DNA from: an uncultured Bacilli bacterium | GTDB taxonomy: Bacteria; Bacillota_I; Bacilli_A; RF39; UBA660 | DNA: 64,000 bases | NCBI GenBank assembly: GCA_963931685.1 | Contig: OZ007038.1 | Coordinates: 1,194,940 to 1,258,939, forward strand | Direction: 5' to 3' | Part shown: positions 28,013 to 37,359 of the stretch, piece by piece | How the letters are laid out: every line of letters starts with the position of its first letter | How positions within the stretch are numbered: position 1 is the stretch's first letter | Translations under genes and position numbers: made by a program | The notes under the pieces: generated by a model | What the model saw: only the letters and a program-made list of their open reading frames with translations | The model's database searches: none | Told to the model about the DNA's origin: nothing

Positions 28013-28064
28013 TGGTGGTTTCGGACAGAATCGAACTGCCGACACAGGGATTTTCAGTCCCTTG
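28013..28064 (-). pseudogene. displaced 3' fragment of the original tRNA-Phe (positions ~25-76 incl. CCA)
   Basis: Reverse strand CAAGGGACTGAAAATCCCTGTGTCGGCAGTTCGATTCTGTCCGAAACCACCA; homology stops abruptly at 28064. Confidence 0.85.
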
Positions 28065-28197
28065 TTGTCTATTTTAATTATATTTAATATTTATACTCAT
28101 TTATCTATAAACCGTTATATTGTATACTATTTTAACTAGATTAAATTTTTGATTAAAATAAATGATTTTAAATAAATTTAATGTTTTTAATGATGTT

Positions 28198-28243
28198 TTG
28201 TCCACGTTTGTCCATAAAATTTTAGTAGAACTTTTTGTCCACA
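28198..28243 (+). repeat. three TTGTCCAYA motifs (left arm of island)
   Basis: TTGTCCACG 28198-28206, TTGTCCATA 28208-28216, TTGTCCACA 28235-28243. Confidence 0.7.
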
Positions 28244-28325
28244 AATCACCGTTTTTCAAAGAACATATATATAATATCACAAAATAAAATCACTATGCAA
28301 TACATTTAACAAAAAAAAGTGGATT

Positions 28326-30087
28326 TTTGTTACTATTCACAGCCTAGAGTAGACAATGAAAGTATCTAGTAAAAATAACTAGGTACTTTTTTACTGTGGA
28401 TAAAGTGGTAAAAACCGTTGGAAAATAAGGGAAAAATCATGATTTAGGTATTGCAAGTTTCATCTTATTTTGATATATTGAATATAGTAAAGGAAGTAAG
28501 ATATATATGCCACTAAAATCAAATTATTCTAATCAATTATTTAATGACTATCAAAAACTAGAAATAAAAAATAAAAAATTAAATATGGAAATTAAAACTT
28601 TAAGATTAGAAAAAAGCTTGTTAAAAGATGAATTAAAAAAACAAAGAGATGAATTAGATGAGAAGAATAAAGAAATTGCTAGATTAAAGTCATTACTTAA
28701 TAATGACGGAACTAATAGTGGCATTTCTACTAGTAAAACTCCTATTAATAAAAACAAAGTTATTCCAAATAGTAGGAAAAAAAGTGGCAAAAAGATAGGC
28801 GAACAAAAAGGTCATAAAAAACATAAATTAGAAAGATTTAAAGATGAAGATGTTACAGAAGTAGAATATATTGAAATGGATAGATGTCCAAATTGTAATC
28901 ATGAATTAATAGATACTAATGAAACTATTGATAAAGATGTTTTGGATTATGAATTAGTTGTGGTTAAAAAAAGAATAAAATTTAAAGAATACAAATGTCC
29001 TTGTTGCGGAAAAAAAATACATTCTAAAATACCTAATGAGTTAAAAGAAGATGTTCAATATGGACCAAATGTAAAATCATTAGTTTTATCATTATTAAAT
29101 GAAGGATACATATCAATTAATAGGGTTAAAAGAATTATTAAAGGATTAAGTCAAGGAGATATAGATTTAAGTGAAAGTTATATAGCTAAAGTACAAAAAG
29201 TAATGTCTGAAAAACTAGATGATTTTAAGCAAGAGGTAACTAGAGAACTTTTAAAAAGAAAATTATTGTATTGGGATGATACAGTAATATTTGTTGATAA
29301 GAAAAGAGCTTGTTTAAGATTTTATGGTGATGAGAAAATAGCTTTATATGTATCACATAAGCAAAAGAACAAAGATGGTCTTGATGAAGATAATATACTA
29401 AAAAATTTAAGTAATCATACAAAGGTAATGCATGACCATAATAAAGTAAATTATAATGAAGAATATTCATTTATAAATTTAGAATGTAATGCCCATCTAC
29501 AAAGAGACTTACAAAAAGTGATAGATAATTTAAAAGCTGATTGGGCCACAAGGTTAAAAACATTAATATCTGAAAGTATTAAACAAAGGAACAAATTTAT
29601 AGAAAACAACTATACTTATAACGATGAATTTAGTAATAACTTCTTTGATAAATTTAATAAAATAATGTTATCAGCCATAGATGAAAACAGAAATAGAGAA
29701 AGTGTTTTTTATAAAGATGAAGAAAAGACATTAATACAAAGGATATTAAATTATAAAGACAACTATTTTGCATGGATAGCAGATTTTACATTACCGACAA
29801 CAAATAATTTATCTGAACGTTCACTTAGATCTAGTAAAACCAAACAGAAAGTATCTGGGCAATTTAAGAATATTGATAGAGCTATGGATTATGCCAATAT
29901 AAAGACATACATAGAGACCAGTTACAGAAATGGTATAAATCCTATGTATGCACTATTTAGACTATCAATAGGTGCCCCCTTTACTTTAGATGAAATTTTG
30001 AACAATGAAAAATTAAGCGAAGAAAAATAGCGAATATCTCCGCTATTTTTAAGTGCCTTTATTTATTAGGCTGTGAATAGTAACAAA
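28326..30087 (+). mobile_element. IS66-family insertion sequence (third, divergent element)
   Basis: Inverted ends TTTGTTACTATTCACAGCCT (28326-28345) and AGGCTGTGAATAGTAACAAA (30068-30087); no clean TSD seen. Confidence 0.7.
28507..30030 (+). CDS. IS66-family transposase (with zinc-finger block)
   Basis: Coiled-coil N-terminus, CPNCNHEL...CPCCGKK zinc finger, C-terminal TNNLSERSLRSSKTKQKVSGQF...GINPM. Confidence 0.85.
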   Translation: MPLKSNYSNQLFNDYQKLEIKNKKLNMEIKTLRLEKSLLKDELKKQRDELDEKNKEIARLKSLLNNDGTNSGISTSKTPINKNKVIPNSRKKSGKKIGEQKGHKKHKLERFKDEDVTEVEYIEMDRCPNCNHELIDTNETIDKDVLDYELVVVKKRIKFKEYKCPCCGKKIHSKIPNELKEDVQYGPNVKSLVLSLLNEGYISINRVKRIIKGLSQGDIDLSESYIAKVQKVMSEKLDDFKQEVTRELLKRKLLYWDDTVIFVDKKRACLRFYGDEKIALYVSHKQKNKDGLDEDNILKNLSNHTKVMHDHNKVNYNEEYSFINLECNAHLQRDLQKVIDNLKADWATRLKTLISESIKQRNKFIENNYTYNDEFSNNFFDKFNKIMLSAIDENRNRESVFYKDEEKTLIQRILNYKDNYFAWIADFTLPTTNNLSERSLRSSKTKQKVSGQFKNIDRAMDYANIKTYIETSYRNGINPMYALFRLSIGAPFTLDEILNNEKLSEEK

Positions 30088-30485
30088 TTTTCCCTATCTT
30101 TTTGCAAATCTTCTTGACTTTGATTATATTTTTTTAGTTTTTTTCTATCCTCTTCATTAACTAATTCATCACTAAAAATATATTTTATATAATTATCAAT
30201 TATTGGCTTGTTTATTCCAACTGCATCGCATAAACTAAGTAACCTTTGTTCTTCTGCTTGTTGTTTTGCTTTTATCTCTTTGTTTCTTTGGGCTAATTCT
30301 AACTCTCGCTGTTTAGTTTGTCTTTCTTGTTCTAATAATGCTTGCTGTTGTAATAATTTATTTTGTTCTTCCAAAAGTTTATTTTGAGTTTCTTGTTGTT
30401 CGTACCTATTATCAGCAGCTATCATTTGATCAACTATATCCATACCATTGTCCGTCTTTTCCCCTAAATAGTCCCATAACTTCAT
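30066..30485 (-). CDS. coiled-coil protein (3' end fused into the IS66 terminal repeat)
   Basis: 139 aa, Q/E/K-rich heptad-like centre; last codons and stop lie inside the IS right end; 4-nt overlap with the upstream gene. Confidence 0.5.
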   Translation of the reverse strand: MKLWDYLGEKTDNGMDIVDQMIAADNRYEQQETQNKLLEEQNKLLQQQALLEQERQTKQRELELAQRNKEIKAKQQAEEQRLLSLCDAVGINKPIIDNYIKYIFSDELVNEEDRKKLKKYNQSQEDLQKDRENLLLFTA

Positions 30486-31012
30486 TTCTCCTTATTTAAT
30501 TTATTAATTGAAATAACATTACTCATAGTCTTAATGTACTCTATTAAAGCTTTGTCAGGTTTAGAAAACTCCATTCCAACAATAACTGTGATACCATGAT
30601 TTTTTAAACTATATAATGATTCAAATAATGCTTTCTTATCTGTTTTAGCTTCTTCTAATAAAACAAACGAATCAATTACTAATACCTTAATATTTTTCTC
30701 TTTGATGGTATTAATAATGTCTTTTATACCGATTTTTGAATTATCCACAACATAAATATTATCTAATGTTAAATTTATATCTGAATAAGTTTTTGCTCGT
30801 TTAATTATGTAATCACTTTTACTTAATAATGATATAAACATTAGTTTATTTTTTTTATCAAGTTCATTGATTAACTTTAATAATAACCTAATTAACCCCT
30901 GATCTTTATTACTATATACCACTGTAATATTATTTATAATATTATCCAAAGGTGGTATATAATCTGCCATTACCGCTTGCCGGCTTGTAATGGTGGTTAT
31001 TTTATTTGTCAT
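30482..31012 (-). CDS. small RecA/KaiC-fold-like protein, no Walker A (paralog 2)
   Basis: 176 aa; VLVIDSFVLL (Walker-B-like strand) and HGITVIVGMEF; aligns with 31027-31524; no GxxxxGK(S/T). Confidence 0.4.
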   Translation of the reverse strand: MTNKITTITSRQAVMADYIPPLDNIINNITVVYSNKDQGLIRLLLKLINELDKKNKLMFISLLSKSDYIIKRAKTYSDINLTLDNIYVVDNSKIGIKDIINTIKEKNIKVLVIDSFVLLEEAKTDKKALFESLYSLKNHGITVIVGMEFSKPDKALIEYIKTMSNVISINKLNKEK

Positions 31013-31026
31013 TTAAAACACACTCC

Positions 31027-31524
31027 TTATGTAATCACCATTCCTCCCAAATTTTCTACGTACATTATTATTTCATCAATACAGCTTAATTCTGAATTTA
31101 TAATTATAGTTATTCCTTGCTCGCAAATATAATGTAATAAACTAAATAGTTCTTCATAGTTATGGTTAAGCAAAAGCTGAAACTCATCAATGACTAATAT
31201 TTTGCTGTTAGTTTCATTAACCATTTTCATTATAGATTCAGGTTTTATATTATCTATATCTTCATAAACAATGTTTGTAGACTGGATTATATCTAAATTA
31301 GCTTTAGTACTGATGTATAAAATTGGATAACTTTTACACAGTAACTTAACTAAATTTATAAATACTGATTTTTTATAATTTTCATATTCGCCAAAAATAA
31401 AAGTAATATGATTTATAATGGTATCTAAATCATAAACATAATTTTCATTTAATACATCTTTTGACTCCAACAGACAAGCTGATCCTTTATAAGAACTTAC
31501 AGTCTTTTTTGATAATGCTTTCAT
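31027..31524 (-). CDS. small RecA/KaiC-fold-like protein, degenerate Walker A (paralog 1)
   Basis: ATG 31524 after GAGGGAG; FGEYENYKKS in the P-loop position, ILVIDEFQLL Walker-B-like, QGITIIINSE. Confidence 0.4.
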   Translation of the reverse strand: MKALSKKTVSSYKGSACLLESKDVLNENYVYDLDTIINHITFIFGEYENYKKSVFINLVKLLCKSYPILYISTKANLDIIQSTNIVYEDIDNIKPESIMKMVNETNSKILVIDEFQLLLNHNYEELFSLLHYICEQGITIIINSELSCIDEIIMYVENLGGMVIT

Positions 31525-31546
31525 AATAAACTCCCTCAAACCTATA

Positions 31547-33311
31547 GGTAGTGTGAATAGTTTATTACACTACCCATGACTTTTTCTTTATATTTAAAGG
31601 CTTTTCTTAACAATTTACTTATGACTCCCTTTTTGGAGTAAATATTTTGTTAAAATTTACCTTTTTATCTATCAAAAAATGACAAATACCTCTATAATAA
31701 TTTTAGAACATATAGAAATGAGGTATCTGTCATGTCTAAAATTATATCAGTTTTAATTGAATTTTTAAATAGAATTAATAAAATTATTTGGAAATTTATT
31801 ATTTTTCTGTCAAAATTTATCAAAGTAAATGATGTAATCACCAGTAATAAACCTACTGATGAAAAATATAAACTGTTTAAAGTTGATGATTCTCCTTTAA
31901 TAGAACCTTTTGTAAAACTGGAACATAAAGATTATAAAAAACTCATCAAAGAAAACAACATTAAACCTATTATTCGTCGCAATGGTAAATCTCTTATTCC
32001 ATATAATATCAAATGCCCTTGTTGTGGAGCTCCTAAAGATTATCTTTATGATAATACTGGTAAACAAAATCAATTTGAATGTAAGGTCTGTCATCATATT
32101 TTTTCTAATAATCCTCACAAACAAAATGATGTTGTTTTAAAATGCCCTCACTGTGAACATCAACTTGTTTTAAGAAAGCAAAGAACTGATTATGATGTAT
32201 ATGTCTGTAAGAATAACAAATGCAGATACTATTTAAACAATTTAGCTACTTTAACTTTATCTGATAAGAAAAAGTTTGAAGAAAATCCTACATTATTTAA
32301 AATGCATTACATATATCGTAAATTTCATATTGACTTACCTACTTTAACCAAAGATTATCGTGATTTTGTAAAGCAACCTGTTGATCTTTCTAAAATTTAT
32401 TCTTCAGATTATGTCCTTGGTTTATGCCTTACTTATCATGTTAATTATGGGCTTTCTTATAGACAAACTTCTTCTATTTTAAAAGACATTCATGAAGTGT
32501 CTATTTCTTATAAGAATGTTGAAAATTATTGTAAATCAGTTTCTCCTACCATCCAAACGTTACTTGAATTTTATCCTTACGAACTGTCAGATACCATTGC
32601 TGCAGATAAAACTTATATTAAAATATTAGGTAAAACTGCTTATATATTTTTCTACTTTGATGCCATTAAAAAGATTGTTACTTCTTACAGAGTCTTTGAT
32701 AAAAGAAATTCTTTATCTTCTATCAAAACAGCTTATTCTACCTTATCCAAATACGACAAACTTCCAGATAGTTTAAAAGTAATTTCTGATGGTAATCCTA
32801 TTTATAACGTTGCTGTTCAGTATTGGTGTCAAAATGGTTTACCTTTTGAATTATATCAGATTATTGGACTTACAAATCTAGATGAAACTTCCAAAGAGTA
32901 CCGTAGTCAAAAACAAATTATTGAAAGATTCAATCGAACTTTAAAATATTACTACAGACCAAAAGGTGGTTTTTCATCTTTAGATAATGCCAATAATTAT
33001 ATGGTTTTATTTGCCACTTATAACAATTTTTTAAGACCAAATAAAGCTCTTAACTATGAAACTCCTGTTGTTCTAGAGGAACTCAAAGATATTCCTAATA
33101 TGCCGAACAAGTGGCTTGAACTAATAAGACTTGCTTGTAAATATGCAGAACCATATTCTGAATAGTTTTTAAAAATTACATTAAAAACTACTTTTTGTCG
33201 TGGACTAATTTCCTGATTTTTTATTAAGTCTATTTTCAAAGATCAATTCTATCACCAAATTGATAGATTTTTTTGTTAGTGTTAGTTTTCCATAAAACTT
33301 TTCACACTATC
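31547..33311 (+). mobile_element. IS6-family-like insertion sequence (boundaries approximate)
   Basis: Imperfect inverted ends GGTAGTGTGAATAGTTTA (31547-) and TAAAACTTTTCACACTATC (-33311); no 8-bp TSD detected. Confidence 0.55.
31732..33165 (+). CDS. DDE transposase, IS6-like core with N-terminal multi-zinc-ribbon extension
   Basis: CPCCG..CKVCHH..CPHCEH..CKNNKC ribbons; DKTYIKILGK ... SDGNPIYN ... IERFNRTLKYY DDE-like blocks. Confidence 0.65.
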   Translation: MSKIISVLIEFLNRINKIIWKFIIFLSKFIKVNDVITSNKPTDEKYKLFKVDDSPLIEPFVKLEHKDYKKLIKENNIKPIIRRNGKSLIPYNIKCPCCGAPKDYLYDNTGKQNQFECKVCHHIFSNNPHKQNDVVLKCPHCEHQLVLRKQRTDYDVYVCKNNKCRYYLNNLATLTLSDKKKFEENPTLFKMHYIYRKFHIDLPTLTKDYRDFVKQPVDLSKIYSSDYVLGLCLTYHVNYGLSYRQTSSILKDIHEVSISYKNVENYCKSVSPTIQTLLEFYPYELSDTIAADKTYIKILGKTAYIFFYFDAIKKIVTSYRVFDKRNSLSSIKTAYSTLSKYDKLPDSLKVISDGNPIYNVAVQYWCQNGLPFELYQIIGLTNLDETSKEYRSQKQIIERFNRTLKYYYRPKGGFSSLDNANNYMVLFATYNNFLRPNKALNYETPVVLEELKDIPNMPNKWLELIRLACKYAEPYSE

Positions 33312-33334
33312 TCTTTTTAAATCAATCAAAATAC

Positions 33335-33461
33335 TTTAAATATAATACAACATAATTACCCAAAATAAACAACGTGTGAGAAACAAAGAGAATGGGGCAA
33401 TATGCAAATAAGATAAATTTAGAATTACAAAGCTAACAACAAGTGTGGACAAAATTAGTCT
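33335..33461. repeat. 127-bp module, copy L (downstream of the array, upstream of the RecA-like operon)
   Basis: Near-identical to 38256-38382 (a few substitutions, two 1-nt indels); contains TGTGGACAA at 33444-33452. Confidence 0.85.
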
Positions 33462-34321
33462 ATTCCTAGTAACTTGTTATATTCTTCCTCGGTTAAGGCT
33501 TGAACTACACAATCACTTGTTTCAAAATTCGGTAATATTTCTTTAATAGTTTTTCTTAATTTTTTATTATTTAATTCAAAAAAGTTATCATAATATATAT
33601 GTAATACATAAGAATCTTTACCTCGATTGCAATACCGACTCTTTATTTCACTTATATTACTAGAAAATAAACCGATGGGGGAATCTGTAAAATCTTTATA
33701 TAATTGAACAAAAGCTGAACTATCTAATAATTTAATATTTTCATACCTTACAATGTCAAATCCTCCAATAATGTAATCGCCTTGTTTAACTAAGGCTTTA
33801 TATTTTTTACAAAAAGAAATTTTTTTACCATTATATACACACTTTAATAATTTAGAATTTGACCAATCAACATTATTTTTGTAGTCATTATCTGCTAAAT
33901 CATAATTGATTAAATAATAATTTTTCGGATAAAATTTTATATCAACTATATTCGGTATTACTTCTACATAATTTTGTAATGCTATAACTCTTTCTATTTC
34001 ACTTTCCCAACCATATTTTTCGTTTAAATAGCTATGTAAATGACAATCATCTTTCCAACATATAAGTACATCTATGGGGCTCTTTTTAAAAAACGCTTGA
34101 TATTTACTCTTTAATAAATAATCACTTGATAAATATTCAAAGATAATAGTCCTTTCTTTATAATGCGAATAAATTTTTGTACCATTTGGTTGTAATTCAT
34201 CATAGGATAAAATATTACCAAGTCTAGGAAAACCTAATTGATCGTGCAATTGTCCAAATAATACTTTAACATCTGTTACAGAATTAACCGGTGAATAAAT
34301 TTTAATTTTTTCGCTACACAT
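33455..34321 (-). CDS. array paralog P1: conserved N-domain + PUA/EVE-like C-terminal region
   Basis: 288 aa; blocks KIYSP, LHDQLGFP, FEYLSSDY, ICWKDDC, YYLINYDL, GDYIIGGFDIVRYENI, LTEEEYNKLLG. Confidence 0.6.
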   Translation of the reverse strand: MCSEKIKIYSPVNSVTDVKVLFGQLHDQLGFPRLGNILSYDELQPNGTKIYSHYKERTIIFEYLSSDYLLKSKYQAFFKKSPIDVLICWKDDCHLHSYLNEKYGWESEIERVIALQNYVEVIPNIVDIKFYPKNYYLINYDLADNDYKNNVDWSNSKLLKCVYNGKKISFCKKYKALVKQGDYIIGGFDIVRYENIKLLDSSAFVQLYKDFTDSPIGLFSSNISEIKSRYCNRGKDSYVLHIYYDNFFELNNKKLRKTIKEILPNFETSDCVVQALTEEEYNKLLGID

Positions 34322-34362
34322 TTATTACAACTCCTTTAGATTTGCTTATAAAATTTGTGAAT

Positions 34363-35241
34363 CTAAATATCCATTACTCTTTGACAAAACTTTTTATCTA
34401 TGCCTAGTAATTTGTTATATTCTTCCTCGGTTAAAGCTTGAACTGCACAATCACTTGTTTCAAAATTTGGTAATATTTCTTTAATAGTTTTTCTTAATTT
34501 TTTATTATTTAATTCAAAAAAATTACTGTAAAATATGTGATTAACATTTTGATTAGCATATTGTTTTTTTATGTCGCTTATATTACTAGAAAATAAACCG
34601 ATGGGTGAATCTGTAAAATTTTTATATAATTGAACAAAAGCTGACCTATCTAATAATTTGATATTTTCATACCTTACAATGTCAAAGCCTCCAATAATGT
34701 AATCACCATCTTTGATTAAAGCTTTACTTCCATCTGTTATCTTAATATTTTTATTGTTTTTAAATTTTAATAATTTAGTATTCAATAGATCAACATAACC
34801 TTTGTAATTCTCTTTCACCAAATCATAATCTATTAAATAATAAAGGTTCTTATTCCTAGATTTATAATCAACTATATCCGGTATTACTTCTACATAATTT
34901 TGTAATGCTATGACTCTTTCTATTTTACTTTCCTGATTATAATTATTCTTTAAATAACTCTTTAAATGACAATCATCTTCCCAACAAACAAGAACTACAT
35001 AAAAATGATCGTATTTTTTCAATAAATAATCACTTGATAAATATTCAAAAATAATATTTCCAGACATATACGATTCCTTACCACGAGACAAATCCAAATG
35101 ATGAAGGAACATAATAACATTATTATCTTGAAGGGAAACAAGTCTAGGAAAACCTAATTGCTTATGCAATTTTCCAAATAATATTTTAACATCTGTTACA
35201 GAATTAACCGGTGAATAAATTTTCATTTTTTCATGACACAT
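34363..35241 (-). CDS. array paralog P2
   Basis: 292 aa; same blocks; 45-nt leader and first ~35 codons near-identical to P1; ~165-nt 3' segment identical to P3. Confidence 0.6.
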   Translation of the reverse strand: MCHEKMKIYSPVNSVTDVKILFGKLHKQLGFPRLVSLQDNNVIMFLHHLDLSRGKESYMSGNIIFEYLSSDYLLKKYDHFYVVLVCWEDDCHLKSYLKNNYNQESKIERVIALQNYVEVIPDIVDYKSRNKNLYYLIDYDLVKENYKGYVDLLNTKLLKFKNNKNIKITDGSKALIKDGDYIIGGFDIVRYENIKLLDRSAFVQLYKNFTDSPIGLFSSNISDIKKQYANQNVNHIFYSNFFELNNKKLRKTIKEILPNFETSDCAVQALTEEEYNKLLGIDKKFCQRVMDI

Positions 35242-35265
35242 TTATTACAACTCCTTTAGATTTGC

Positions 35266-36147
35266 TTATAAAATTTGTGAATCTAGATAATAATTATTTT
35301 TTGATATACATTTTTTATCTATTCCTAGTAATTTGTTATATTCTTCCTCGGTTAAAGCTTGAACTGCACAATCACTTGTTTCAAAATTTGGTAATATTTC
35401 TTTAATAGTTTTTCTTAATTTTTTATTATTTAATTCAAAAAAATTACTGTAAAATATGTGATTAACATTTTGATTAGCATATTTTTCAATTACCTCATCA
35501 CAGTCTAAAAAGACTAAACCAACAGGATAATCAGTTAATCTTTTATATGACTCAATAAAATTACGATCATTTGGTATCCATATATTTTCATACCTTACAA
35601 TGTCAAAGCCTCCAATAATGTGATCACCATCTTTGATTAAAGCTTTACTTCCATTTCCAATAAGAATGTAATCTCCCTTAAATCTAAATAACCTAGAATT
35701 TTTCCAATCAACATAACTTTTGTAATCGTCGCCTGCTAAATCATAATTGATTAAATAATACTTGTATTCTGGTTTTAATTCTTCACCACCAATATTGTTT
35801 ACAAATTCAACATGATTTTTTAACTCTATTATTTGTATATCGTTCTTATAATTTTCTTGTAAATAAATATTTAACTTACAATCGTCTTCCCAACATACAA
35901 GTATATGTTTTTTATTTCTTGACATAGATATTTGACGATTATGTAATAAATAATCGCTTGATAAATATTCAAAGTCTACTGTTACCTCTTCATACTGATT
36001 TTTACTTTTATTCCAATGTTTTGCCTTTTTTATAAACATTTTGTCATGAACCGAATACTCAATAAATGGAAAACCTAATTGCTCGTGAAATTTAGCAAAT
36101 AATACTATTACATCTAATGAAGATAAAACTGGAGAGTAAATTTTCAT
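35266..36147 (-). CDS. array paralog P3
   Basis: ATG 36147 (MKIYSP) after GAGGTG; same blocks; its stop lies in the shared leader of P2. Confidence 0.6.
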   Translation of the reverse strand: MKIYSPVLSSLDVIVLFAKFHEQLGFPFIEYSVHDKMFIKKAKHWNKSKNQYEEVTVDFEYLSSDYLLHNRQISMSRNKKHILVCWEDDCKLNIYLQENYKNDIQIIELKNHVEFVNNIGGEELKPEYKYYLINYDLAGDDYKSYVDWKNSRLFRFKGDYILIGNGSKALIKDGDHIIGGFDIVRYENIWIPNDRNFIESYKRLTDYPVGLVFLDCDEVIEKYANQNVNHIFYSNFFELNNKKLRKTIKEILPNFETSDCAVQALTEEEYNKLLGIDKKCISKNNYYLDSQIL

Positions 36148-36189
36148 TTTTATACACCTCACTATCAAATATTTACTTTAAAATTTATA

Positions 36190-36771
36190 TGCCTAATAAT
36201 TTTATCAACCACCCTGCACTGAAAGTGCAGGGTTTGTAGTGATGACTGAAAGTCATACTATGCTAAAGCATACTATCTTGTCTAAAAATATCATCAACAT
36301 TATCATTTTGATTTTCTATATATTCTTCTATCATATCTTGTGTTACTTTTCCTACACTTCTACAAAAATATCCCGTCGCCCACATGTGCTGACCCCAAAA
36401 TTGTTTTCTTAAACTCGGAAATTCTTCTTGTAATTTTTTCGAACTTCTCCCTTTAATATATTGCATAACTTGAGATACAGAAAGTGATGCTGGAATACTT
36501 AATAGCAAATGTACGTGTTCTGGTTGGATGTTTCCTCTTACAATTGTTATTCCTTTTGCTGTGCATCCTTGCATCAACAATATTTTTAATCTATTTACTA
36601 TTTTCCCTCTTAATATCTTTCTTCTATACTTTGTTATCCATACTACATGTACTTCCAAATCATATTGTGTGTGGGCTCCTCTTCTCATTTGTATCACCAC
36701 AATGTATTGTAATACTTTTTGTTTGTTTTTTCCAGTCCTTGAAGGATTTATGTGGCTAAAGCCAATGGATA
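36190..36771 (-). mobile_element. IS200-type element (tnpA only) inserted between P4 and P3
   Basis: Y1 transposase gene plus subterminal hairpins CCCTGCACT-GAA-AGTGCAGGG (36212-36232) and ATGACT-GAA-AGTCAT (36242-36256); ends approximate. Confidence 0.6.
36263..36700 (-). CDS. tnpA: IS200/IS605-family Y1 (HUH) transposase TnpA
   Basis: HVVWITKYRRK, HVHLL (HUH) and ATGYF catalytic-Tyr blocks. Confidence 0.9.
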   Translation of the reverse strand: MVIQMRRGAHTQYDLEVHVVWITKYRRKILRGKIVNRLKILLMQGCTAKGITIVRGNIQPEHVHLLLSIPASLSVSQVMQYIKGRSSKKLQEEFPSLRKQFWGQHMWATGYFCRSVGKVTQDMIEEYIENQNDNVDDIFRQDSML

Positions 36772-37281
36772 TTATCCTCCAGTGCTTAGCATATTATATT
36801 GTATTTCTTCTATTTGCTGAACAATACAATTTTTTATTTCTAGGTCTGGCAATATTTCTTGAACTGTTTTTCTTAATTTTTTATTATCTAATTCAAAAAA
36901 ATTCTTATAAAATATGTGTCCAACATAATGGTTAGCATATTCTTTTGCGATATCATAATATGAAAGGGCAAAGAAAGTAACCGGATAATCTGTTAATTTT
37001 TTGTATAAATTAATATAATCTGGTTGATTAAACATTTTAATGTTTTTAAATTTTACAACATCAAAACCCCCTAAAATATAATCACCATCTTTAACTAATA
37101 CTTTGCTTCCACTTGTTATATTTATTTTTTCATCATTAATAAATCTATATATAGATGAATTATACCAATTAACAAAAGGACTATAATTCTTATCTAAATC
37201 ATAATTAATTAAATAATAACCAATTTTGTCATCTTTTTCATTAGTCGTATTTAAGATATTTTTTTTAGATTCATTATTCAA
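36772..37281 (-). CDS. array paralog P4: stand-alone PUA/EVE-like region (no N-domain)
   Basis: 169 aa; TTG start 9 nt after AAGGAGGTG; YYLINYDL, GDYILGGFDVVKFKNI, FFELDNKKLRKTVQEILP; the C-terminal tail abuts the IS200 end. Confidence 0.55.
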   Translation of the reverse strand: MNNESKKNILNTTNEKDDKIGYYLINYDLDKNYSPFVNWYNSSIYRFINDEKINITSGSKVLVKDGDYILGGFDVVKFKNIKMFNQPDYINLYKKLTDYPVTFFALSYYDIAKEYANHYVGHIFYKNFFELDNKKLRKTVQEILPDLEIKNCIVQQIEEIQYNMLSTGG

Positions 37282-37359
37282 ACTGAATACACCTCCTTAA
37301 ATAGTAATTACCAAAGTGTGCTTTTAATTACAACCGCTTTGGAAAAAAATAACAAAATT

